This document shows positions 9,872-18,600 of a stretch of DNA of 64,000 nt, piece after piece. A model generated the notes under the pieces. It worked only from the letters and a program-made list of their open reading frames with translations. It was not told the DNA's origin and did no database searches. Position numbers and translations under genes: made by a program. The stretch's first letter is position 1; every line of letters starts with the position of its first letter. Source of the DNA: Myxococcota bacterium (GTDB lineage Bacteria; Myxococcota_A; UBA796; CAJQPC01); the NCBI GenBank assembly GCA_036012755.1, contig DASCPX010000027.1, forward strand, positions 303,510 through 367,509, written 5' to 3'.

Positions 9872-10680
9872 CGACAAAGTTCAGCGATCGCCTCGGCGAC
9901 CTGCCCGACTCCTATCCCGGTCATGCAGGCGTGGTCCCCGATGGCGCAGTGCGGCCCGCCATGCCGCGAACACGGTCGGCAGGGCATCTCCAGCTCGAGC
10001 GCCCGGCCCGGGTGGCACCAGAACCCGTCGCCCGAGGAGGTCGGCCCGAACAGCCCGACGACGGGCACGCCCAGCGCCGCGGCGAGGTGCACCAGCCCGG
10101 TGTCACCACCCACGACGACCCGGCAGCCGGCCAGCCCCTCGAGCGTGCGGTCGAAGCCCTCCTCGATGCAGGCATCGCCAGGCAGCTCCAGTCCATCGTC
10201 CGGGTGGCCGAACACGACCACCTCGTCCAGGCGCTCGGCCAAGGCCTCCCAGTGCGGCCAGCGCTTGGTGGCGTGGGCCGCACCGGGAACCAGGCCGATG
10301 CGCGCAAAAGAGCGCTCCACAGGGATCCACGGGCGCGGGGAGGTGGCTACGCGCGCGGCCTCGGCGTAGCGCTCCACCACGAGCGGGATGGGTCCGCCGG
10401 ACTTGAGCGCGACGCGACGCCAGCGCGCCCAGCGGTGCATCCGGACGCGCTCCGCGGTGGGCCAGCGCAGCCAGGTCCACGGCGATGACTGGAGGTCTAC
10501 GACCCGGTCCACGGCCGGGAGATCCTCGCGCCTGCTGACGACGACCTCGACTCCGGGAAAGCGCCGTACGAGCTCCGCGTACCGCGGCTTGGTGAAGAAC
10601 ACGACGGGAGCCAGCGCCGCGGTGATCGACGAGGCGAGCACGACGTCTCCCAGGGAGCTCAGCCGGATGACCAGCGTCAC
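9868..10680 (-). CDS. Glycosyltransferase family 9 (LPS heptosyltransferase-like)
   Basis: 3' part of ORF 9868..12600: IRLSSLGDVVL, PGAAHATKRWP, GGDTGLVHLAAA, CRPCSRHG; GTG at 10680 overlaps the upstream stop. Confidence 0.9.
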   Translation of the reverse strand: MTLVIRLSSLGDVVLASSITAALAPVVFFTKPRYAELVRRFPGVEVVVSRREDLPAVDRVVDLQSSPWTWLRWPTAERVRMHRWARWRRVALKSGGPIPLVVERYAEAARVATSPRPWIPVERSFARIGLVPGAAHATKRWPHWEALAERLDEVVVFGHPDDGLELPGDACIEEGFDRTLEGLAGCRVVVGGDTGLVHLAAALGVPVVGLFGPTSSGDGFWCHPGRALELEMPCRPCSRHGGPHCAIGDHACMTGIGVGQVAEAIAELCR

Positions 10681-11498
10681 GGGTGGATCGCCGCGAGCAC
10701 GACCTCGACGGGGATGTCGAGGCATGGCACGCCGCCTGCTGTGCAGGACTTCTCGTAGCAGGGTCGGCAGGGGAGCTCGGGCCCCTCGATGGGGACGGAG
10801 CCGACCGCTCCGGTCCGCTCGGGCGAGGTGCTCCCATGGATGACCAGGGTGCGCACACCCACCGCCCGGGCGAAGTGCGACAGCCCCGAGTCGTTGACCA
10901 CGACGACCCGCGCGCGCTCCAGGGCCGCAGCCAGCTCTCCCAGGCCCAGACAGACGCCACCGGCAAAGGCCTCTTTGGGACCGACGTAGACGACGGCCTC
11001 GGGCACGGCGGCGGCGAGCTCGGCGAAACCCGGCCACTGCACGACTGCTCCGGAGGGGCTGCAGGGGATCAGGGCGACGTGTCCCTCGGGCGCCACGCAA
11101 GCCGCCCTCTCCTCGGCGGTCGGCGCGAAGCGTGGATGCGCCTCCACCACTCCGCCGAGGACCTCGACCAGGCGTCGGTACTCGAGGCTCCGGTGCAAGC
11201 CGTCCATCTCGACGACATCGGTGAGCAGCGGGCCCCGCATGTCCCAGCGCACACCCACGCGTCGAGGGACGCGCCTGGCCTCCCAGGCCGCCCTGAAGGA
11301 GGGAGCCAGGAGCAGGGCGACGTCCGCATCCGGCACGGTGCCACGCTCGACGACCTCGACGTCCAGGGCGCGGTAGAGCTCCGCGCCCCACGGGGGTGCC
11401 GCGACGACGACCTCGCCCAGGGCGGTGGCTGCCTCGATCGCAGGCATCGCCATCACCCCATCCCCGAGGTGGTTCGGAGCTCGAATGTAGAGCCGCAT
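10677..11498 (-). CDS. waaF: LPS heptosyltransferase II-like, GT9
   Basis: IRAPNHLGDGVMA, NDSGLSHFA, GSTSP, CRPC. Confidence 0.75.
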   Translation of the reverse strand: MRLYIRAPNHLGDGVMAMPAIEAATALGEVVVAAPPWGAELYRALDVEVVERGTVPDADVALLLAPSFRAAWEARRVPRRVGVRWDMRGPLLTDVVEMDGLHRSLEYRRLVEVLGGVVEAHPRFAPTAEERAACVAPEGHVALIPCSPSGAVVQWPGFAELAAAVPEAVVYVGPKEAFAGGVCLGLGELAAALERARVVVVNDSGLSHFARAVGVRTLVIHGSTSPERTGAVGSVPIEGPELPCRPCYEKSCTAGGVPCLDIPVEVVLAAIHP

Positions 11499-11501
11499 CG
11501 C

Positions 11502-12851
11502 CTACAGGACGACGTCGTCCATGCGGGGACCGCGCGCTCCGAGACCCTCCGGCGGCACGATCCGGAAGCACCTCGGACGGAGCACCTCGGCCAGGCCCGC
11601 CCGAGCGACCAGCGCGGTGGCGATCGATGCGGCGGAGAGCGTGACGGCGACGATGCCCAGGGGGATCGACGAGAACCAACCCGTCAGCGCGGCAGCGACC
11701 AGCGTCAACGGAACAAGGACGCAGACGATCTTGCGCGCGTGAAGGGCTCGGCGCACCCGGGCCGCCAGCCGCTTGCCGTCGACGTCGGTGACCGTCCGCT
11801 CGGCGGCGGCGAGCTCCGCCGGCGCACGCTGATCCCCGCGGTGGGCCCACACCAGTGCCCGCAAGAGTCGGGCGGGGCCGAGGTCCTTCGACAACTTCAG
11901 GGTCTGCTCGAGCACCTCGAGCCCGTCGTCGAGCGACCCACCTCGCACCAGCGACAGCGCGAGGTGGTAGCGCAGGACCCGGTCGTCTGGGAAGTTGTGG
12001 ACGCCAATGCGCGCCGAGGTCTCGGCGCTGTCCGGACGACCGAGCATGTCCGCGACCACGCAGGCCGCGACCAGCGCCTGGCGCCGGAATGCGCACTCGG
12101 AAATGGCCGCCTCGAAGCGACTGAGCGCCGCCGCGGCGTCGCCCTCCGAGAGCAGCCTGAGGCCGCTGGCGTAGGGGTCGTCGAGACGCTCGGGCTCGCT
12201 GAAGAGAATCTCGTCCGCAGCACGATCGGCCTCGACGGCGCCAGCTGCGTGCTCGCCCATGCAGGTCAGGACGAGGCCGCAGTCCGCCGTGTGGTGGAAG
12301 GCCACGAGGGTCTCCACGTCCTGCCCATGCGTGGCCTGGACGACGCGCAGCAGGTCGAAGAAGGCCTCGCGCCCGGCGCAGGCAGCGAAGCTCTCGAATC
12401 GGTAGAGGTAGAGGAGGTAGCCGACGTCCTCGCCCTTCCGGGCGAAGTAGGTCTGGCCATCCGGCCGGTCCTCCATCCAGCGGACCTCGAGTTCCACGGG
12501 CTCCTGCTCGCCGTAGAACCTCCGCAAGAACGCCGCGACCTCTCCGGCGAACTGGCCTGCGAGCCCACCCGGCGCGTCCTTGCGCTGGATGCCGGACCAC
12601 CCGTAGCGATGGAAGTAGCTCTTGCGAAGCTGCTCGATGCGACGCTGGCAGTGCGCGATCTCCGCGGTGACCACATCGTTGTCGCCATAGCGACTCGGCG
12701 CGCTCGCTATTCGCCGCTGGTAGAGGCGAACGCTGGCCTCGAAGCTGTAGCGCCGGATGATCCCGTCACGTCCGACGATCTCCACCGGGAAGTCCACGAG
12801 CTGCGTGTAGTCCTTCCGGCTGTAGCGCTTGAGCTTCTTCCCTTTGTCCAT
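11502..12851 (-). CDS. Hypothetical protein with TPR-like helices and a C-terminal membrane hairpin
   Basis: 449-aa ORF with typical codon usage, 3 bp upstream of the GT9 gene; two hydrophobic segments near the C-terminus. Confidence 0.75.
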   Translation of the reverse strand: MDKGKKLKRYSRKDYTQLVDFPVEIVGRDGIIRRYSFEASVRLYQRRIASAPSRYGDNDVVTAEIAHCQRRIEQLRKSYFHRYGWSGIQRKDAPGGLAGQFAGEVAAFLRRFYGEQEPVELEVRWMEDRPDGQTYFARKGEDVGYLLYLYRFESFAACAGREAFFDLLRVVQATHGQDVETLVAFHHTADCGLVLTCMGEHAAGAVEADRAADEILFSEPERLDDPYASGLRLLSEGDAAAALSRFEAAISECAFRRQALVAACVVADMLGRPDSAETSARIGVHNFPDDRVLRYHLALSLVRGGSLDDGLEVLEQTLKLSKDLGPARLLRALVWAHRGDQRAPAELAAAERTVTDVDGKRLAARVRRALHARKIVCVLVPLTLVAAALTGWFSSIPLGIVAVTLSAASIATALVARAGLAEVLRPRCFRIVPPEGLGARGPRMDDVVL

Positions 12852-12974
12852 ATACGGCAGTGGTCGATCCTGAGTTCACAGCGTACCATCACAGTGAACC
12901 GACTCGCCGACGTGAAATAAAGGCTCGCCCCGCTCGTAGAGCCAAACGAAGACCGCCCAAAGGAGGCACCCGAA

Positions 12975-13544
12975 CTGGCCCTGCGACTCGTCACCGGAGC
13001 TATCGACGAAAGAGAACAGATCCTGGCGGCCCGAGAGGGCGACCGGGGCGCATGCGACTGGCTCATCCGCCAGTACACGCCGGCGGTGTTCCGCTTCGCG
13101 TATCGCATGCTTCGAAACGAGCAGGACGCGCGCGACGTCGCGCAGGACACGCTCATCAAGGTCATGAAGAACCTCCACCGCTACGACGTGAACCGCAAGT
13201 TCTCGACCTGGGTATTCGGCATCGCCCGGAACACGGCGATCGACGAGCAGCGCAAGCGCAAGCGCAGAGCACCCGCGCCCAAGAAGGAACCGGCCTGGCA
13301 GGGACCCTCCCCGTTGGAGGAGACCTCTCGCGGTGAGCGCGCTCGGCGGCTCCACGAGGCCCTGGGCCACCTCCCCCCGAAGTACCGTGAGATCCTCGTC
13401 CTGTACCACTTCGAACACTTGAAGTACCAGGAGATCGCGGACACCCTCCAGATCCCCATCGGCACCGTCATGAACCGCATCTTCCGCGCTCGTCGCCGGC
13501 TGCGGGACCTCTATGATGCGGTCGAGGCCTCCCCCATCGCATGA
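12975..13544 (+). CDS. ECF (sigma-70 family) RNA polymerase sigma factor
   Basis: DARDVAQDTLIK, KFSTWVFGIARN, YQEIADTLQIPIGTVMNRIFRAR; reading frame extends upstream of GTG 13086 to a CTG at 12975 behind AGGAGG. Confidence 0.9.
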   Translation: MALRLVTGAIDEREQILAAREGDRGACDWLIRQYTPAVFRFAYRMLRNEQDARDVAQDTLIKVMKNLHRYDVNRKFSTWVFGIARNTAIDEQRKRKRRAPAPKKEPAWQGPSPLEETSRGERARRLHEALGHLPPKYREILVLYHFEHLKYQEIADTLQIPIGTVMNRIFRARRRLRDLYDAVEASPIA

Positions 13545-14113
13545 TCCAGCATCCCTCCGACGCACACCTCGGCAGCTTCGTCCGGGGAGACCTCGGCGAA
13601 GCTGACGCCGTCGCGGTCGCGCTGCACCTCGACGACTGTCCGCGCTGCGCGACGCGAGCGGCGGGCTTCGACCCCCTCGCGAGCGCCTTCGCCAGCTGCG
13701 ATGACCCGCTGGTGCCAGATGACCTCGTCGCCGCGGTCCTCGCGGCAGCCGCCGACATCCCGATTGGGGTCGCCCCGAGTGGGGTCGCCCCGAGTGGGGT
13801 CGCGCCGGAGCCGGAGAGAGCTCGCATCCCGCTGGGTGAGCTGCTCGCCGCCGCGGGGCTGCTGAGCGCCGCCGCGATGCTCTTCCTCATGCTCGGCGAG
13901 CCCACAGCACTGGCCGCGGACGCTGCGCTGGCCGCGTCCGCCGGGATCACCGCCGCCAACCTCGTGGCGACCGAGCTGTCCACCAGCACGTGGGTGGTGA
14001 TGCCGATGGCTGCCCTCGCCTTCCTCTTGTGCCTGGCCGTCGCGTCCGGATTCGGACGCCGTCCCCTGCCCTTCGCGCGGGGGTCCTCCGCGCAGGGGCC
14101 AGACGACCCTTGA
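13541..14113 (+). CDS. Zinc-binding anti-sigma factor (ZAS) with membrane helices
   Basis: HLDDCPRC (HxxxCxxC), ATGA overlap with the sigma gene, hydrophobic C-terminus. Confidence 0.8.
   Translation: MIQHPSDAHLGSFVRGDLGEADAVAVALHLDDCPRCATRAAGFDPLASAFASCDDPLVPDDLVAAVLAAAADIPIGVAPSGVAPSGVAPEPERARIPLGELLAAAGLLSAAAMLFLMLGEPTALAADAALAASAGITAANLVATELSTSTWVVMPMAALAFLLCLAVASGFGRRPLPFARGSSAQGPDDP
13765..13803 (+). repeat. 15-bp tandem repeat (about 2.6 copies) encoding GVAPS
   Basis: tggggtcgccccgag twice plus tggggtcgc. Confidence 0.85.
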
Positions 14114-14114
14114 G

Positions 14115-15080
14115 ATGCTGAGTCCCGCGCTGATCGCACCGGCGCTCGTAGCCCTCAGTGTCGCTCAGGAGCCAGACCTCGAGAGCGTCCAGCTCGAGCA
14201 GACACAGCGGGACCTCGCTGCTGCCATCGAGCGTCTGGACGTCGCCGAGCAGCGCATCCGCGTCCTCGAGACCGAGATCGCCCTGTCCGAAGTGCAGGGG
14301 GAGGTGGCCGACGAGGCGCTCGGCGAGCCGATCATCGTGCATGCAGGCCAGCTCGTCCCGGAGGCCGTGGCGTTCGCCGCACCGGTGCACGTACACGGCC
14401 GGGTGGACGGAGAAGCGGTGAGCTTCGGCGATGACGTCCGCGTGTTCAATGGCGGGCAGGTCTACGGCGACGCGGTCAGCTTCGGCGGGCAGGTGGTCGT
14501 CGACCCGGGCGGCTCCGTTGCTGGCGACCGCATCTCCTACTCGGACCCGACCACGACCGTCACGCGCACGCGGGCATCGACCGGGAGCATCATGCAGGCC
14601 CAGACCGCTCAGGGCTGGGCGCGCACGCTGGCCCGCAAGCTGGTCCTGATCCTCACCTTCGCGGGCGCGGGGGTGCTCGTCGTCGGGCTCTTCCCGAAGC
14701 ACGTGGAGAACGTCGCAGCCACCATCGCCGCTCGGCCGATGCGGATGGGCCTCCTCGGGGCCGGGCTGACCACGGGCCTCGGCTTCCTGGCGCTCTTGCT
14801 CCTGTTGACCGTGCTCCTGAGCCCGCTGGCGCTCGCTATCGGTGTGGCCCTAGGCGTCGCGTGGTTGCTCGGCTTCGTGGGCCTCTGCCAGGCCGCGGGT
14901 GACCGGCTGCCGATCGCCAGCGAGGGCCTGCGCCGCTGGCTCGCTTTCCTCGTCGGCGTCGTAGTGCTCGCCTTCGTGAGCACCCTGCCCCTGGTGGGAC
15001 AGCTCTTCCTCGTGCTCATCGGCTTCATCTGCGTCGGGGCGGCTCTCCACACCCGCTTCGGGGTCAGAGAACTCGACTGA
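14115..15080 (+). CDS. Membrane protein with coiled coil and bactofilin-like beta-helix repeats
   Basis: Repeats GxVxGxAVSFGGxVxV followed by several TM helices. Confidence 0.7.
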   Translation: MLSPALIAPALVALSVAQEPDLESVQLEQTQRDLAAAIERLDVAEQRIRVLETEIALSEVQGEVADEALGEPIIVHAGQLVPEAVAFAAPVHVHGRVDGEAVSFGDDVRVFNGGQVYGDAVSFGGQVVVDPGGSVAGDRISYSDPTTTVTRTRASTGSIMQAQTAQGWARTLARKLVLILTFAGAGVLVVGLFPKHVENVAATIAARPMRMGLLGAGLTTGLGFLALLLLLTVLLSPLALAIGVALGVAWLLGFVGLCQAAGDRLPIASEGLRRWLAFLVGVVVLAFVSTLPLVGQLFLVLIGFICVGAALHTRFGVRELD

Positions 15081-15600
15081 TCGCCAGCGCGACGCCGACC
15101 GCGGACAACGCGAGGAAGGTAGAGCGCTCGCTACCGAGGGCCCGCACGAGGTCGAAGGTGCCCGCGCCGCCGGGGCCGAGAGGAAGCCAGCGGGGCACGC
15201 GTTCGAGGTAGGCGCGGTACTCGGGACCGAGCTCCGGAGCGAGGTTTGCCTCCTCCCACCGGACGACGAGGCCGTAGTGCACCACCATGAGGACGAGCCA
15301 GGCCAGCGCCCAGTACCAGCCCGCCACGAGGCCGACGCCGCTCCAGATGATGATGTTGCCGGCATAGAGCGGGTTCCGCAGCCTCCCGTAGGGTCCGACC
15401 GTCACGAGCTGGCCGACCTCGGACGTGCGAGTGCGGGAGGCAGGACCGATGTACCCGACAGCCCAGAGGCGAATGGCCTCGCCGAGCACGATGGCACCGA
15501 CACCAAGGACCCAGTGGCCCTCTCCTCCCAGCACCAGCTGCGCCAGGAGCAGCGGGAGCGGCACCAGACCGCGGGCTCGGAAGAGCCGCTGTCCGACTAT
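15064..15600 (-). CDS. Isoprenylcysteine carboxyl methyltransferase (ICMT/PEMT) family membrane protein
   Basis: LVTVGPYGRLRNPLYAGN, EE..L...GPEYRAYLERVPRWLP; start uncertain (GTG 15564 or ATA 15600). Confidence 0.85.
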   Translation of the reverse strand: MVGQRLFRARGLVPLPLLLAQLVLGGEGHWVLGVGAIVLGEAIRLWAVGYIGPASRTRTSEVGQLVTVGPYGRLRNPLYAGNIIIWSGVGLVAGWYWALAWLVLMVVHYGLVVRWEEANLAPELGPEYRAYLERVPRWLPLGPGGAGTFDLVRALGSERSTFLALSAVGVALAISRVL

Positions 15601-18600
15601 CTGCCCGCCTGCATCAATGTCTTCATCGCGTCGGCGAGTCCCATCGCATCGCTCACGACGACCTCTCCCACGGACTCGCCCAGGGCGACGTCGGCATCGA
15701 AGGCGGCCGCGAAGTCGCTCTCGGCCTTGTCCGCATCACCCACGGACTGCTCGGCGACGGCGCGAACGAGCAGGAGCCGCGCACGCCGCTCGGGAGACAC
15801 GTCCAGCGCCAGGGCTCGATCCGACAGCGAGGCGGCGTCTGCCCAGTCCTGCCTGCGGAGGGCGAGCTCCGCGAGCCTGAGGAGCGCCTCGTCCTGCCCC
15901 GGATCGAAGGCCAGCGTCTTCTGGAAGTGCTGGGCGGCCTTGTCGGCCATGCCCATCTTCGCGTCGAGCACGTAGCCCTTCGTCAGGTAGCTGCGGATGA
16001 CGTCGCCAGGCTCCTTCGCGTGGAAGATCACGTTGTTGTAGACATTGAGGAGGTTGCTCCACTCGCCGCGGTCGTAGAGCACCGAAGCGACGCCCAGGAG
16101 CGCGCGGACGTCGTTGGGACGCATCTCCAGTGCCTTGTTGAAGCGCTTGCGAGCCTTGTCCGTCTTGCCGAGCGCTCGCTCGACCTCGCCGAGCGCCGTG
16201 TATGCGTCGCAGAGCTCGTCCTTGTCCGCCGAACCACCGATGAGCTGGAGCACCTGGCGCCATACCGTCTGGGCCCTGGGCCAGTCCTCCTCGGCCATCC
16301 GAATCGGACCCATCGCGCGCAGCGAGGGCAGGTGCGAAGGGTTGAGGTCCAAGGCCTTGCCGAGCTTGTCCGTGGCGTCGTCGTCGCGTCCCAGCTGCGA
16401 CAGCGTCGTGCCGTACTGGAAGTAGAACTGCGCGATCTCGACCTTCTCGTCGAAGTCGTCGAGGTCCCAGTGGTCAGCGCCGGCCTCGATGCGCTCGAAG
16501 AGCTGGATGGCGCCCTCCCGATCCCCGGCCCTGAAGCGGTGGTCGGCGACGAAGCGCAGGGCCTCGTCGTGGTCCGGGTCGCGCTCGAGCACCTCCCCGA
16601 AGATGCCAGCGGCGTCCTCGCGGTTGTGGAGCGTGTCCAGCTTGATGTGGGCGGCCCGCAACAAGGGCTCGATACCGGCGCTGTCGGCCTGTGCCCTGGC
16701 CTGGCGGCGCAGCGCCTCGACGACGTGGTCCCATTCGCCGCGGATGGAGCGCAGGCTCTCCAGCGCGACCGCCGCTTCGAGGTCGGGCGCATCGCCGCCG
16801 CTGGCGGCATCGAGGAAGCGCACGGCCTCGTCCTCGTTCTTCAAGTGGTCGCGGTACGCGAACCCGATGCGGCGTTGCAGGGCGCTTTGCTCAGCGCCCT
16901 GGCCGTGGCCCGCGAGCTTCGTCGCGTGCTCCACGAAGCTCGACCAGTCCTCGCCCTGTTCGCTCAGGACCAGGAGCCGCTCCAGCGCTTCGGGGTGTTC
17001 CGGAGCGAGGTCGAGGACCTTGCGCCAGCTGTCCGCGGCCACGGAGTCGTCGTCGAGCCTGTCCTGCCAGATCCGTGCGATCCCGGCGTAGCGGTCGACC
17101 TGCTCGTCTCCTGCCACTAGCGAAGCCTCGCGGGCGAGCACGCCCACCATGGCCTGCCAGTCCTCGCCCTTCTCCGCCACGCGGCGGAGCCCGCTTAGAG
17201 CCTCGGCGTCCTCGGACTGGTGATCCAGCGCGGCGAGGAACGCGGCGCGGGCATCGTCCAGGGACTCGTTCTGCTCGTGGATCTCCCCGATGCGGCGGGA
17301 GTACCGCGCCGACTCGGCGGGTTCGGATGCGCTCTCGGCGAGAGACGACAGGTACTGCACGCCCAGCTCGACCTCTCCTCGTGCGCCTGCGATCCGTGCG
17401 AGCGCCTCGAGGACATCGCGGTCATCGGGCCGCTCCTCGTGGAGCTGCCGGTAGAAGTCCCAGGCCTCGTCGGAATCGGTGAGCTTCGCCGCCAGCAGCC
17501 AGCGCGCCTTGGCTTCAGCCGCGGCCTTCTGGCCGGCGTCCTGGTGAAGGGCAGCGCGGATGCGCAGGGTCTCGAAGGCCTCCTGCCAGTCCTCTGCCGC
17601 CTCCAGCGCGTGCTCCCGACGCAAGAGTCCGGCGATGTCCTCTCGACCCTCCAGCGCCGCAGCCGCCAGCGCGGGAGCATCCGCCTCCTCCAAGGTGGCG
17701 GAGAGGCCCAGGGCGTCGGTCTCGGGAAGCTCGTCATATAGGGCCTGAAGGCCGTCGAGGTCTTTTCGTTCGAGCAGGATTCGGCGGGCCCCTTCGAAGG
17801 CCTTGCCGGCGCACTTGCGCGCCCCGAAGGCCATGCGGTAGGCCGCCAGGGCGTCATCGCCCCGCTCGAGGCCTTCCATGAGGTGGCCGGCGAGGATGGA
17901 GTGGACGACCCGCACCGGGACCGCGTCCATCAGGTCGGCGACCCGCGCGTGGGCCTCGGCCAATGCTTCCCGGTTGCCGGTCTTGCGCTCGAGGCGCGCG
18001 ATCCCAGCGGCCGCGGCGACGTGCGTCTCGTCGGCCTCCAGCACCTCGCGATAGCCAGCCAGCGCCTCGCCCGCGCCGTCGAGGTAGTCCTCCTGGATGC
18101 GAGCCGCGTCGAAGGTGGAGCCCGCGTCGTTCAAGGCGCGGAGGGCCTCCTCCCAGTAGTTGAGCCCCTCGCACAGGCGAGCGACAGCGATCAGCGCGCG
18201 GTCCTCGGCCTCCTCGGCGCCGATGACCTCTCCGGCAGCCTGCACGGCTCCCATCGAGTCGCCGAGATCGCGCAGGATGTCCGCGAGGATCGTCGACAGT
18301 CGGGCCCGGTCGTCATCGGACTCCGCAGCGCCGGCTGCGTTCCGGTAGATGCCCACCAGCCCGGTCAGGTTGCCGGCTCGGTGGTGCAGCTGCTCCAAGA
18401 GCGCCCGAGCGCCACCGTGGTTGGGATCGGTCTCGAGGACCTCCAGGACGACGCCCGCTGCGTCGACGCCAGGGAGCCCGCCAGCCACTTCGGCCGCCGC
18501 GATGAGCTGCCAGGCCTTCCTGTCGAGCTCGGCCTCTGCGCTGGCTTCACCGTGTTGGAGGTCGAACACGCCCTGCCAGTCGGCCTGGCGCGCCTTCATC

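Noticed and set aside
9868..12600. 910-aa ORF as a single protein
   Set aside because: Only the last 270 codons are GT9-like; the rest is an Arg-rich off-frame reading across two other genes
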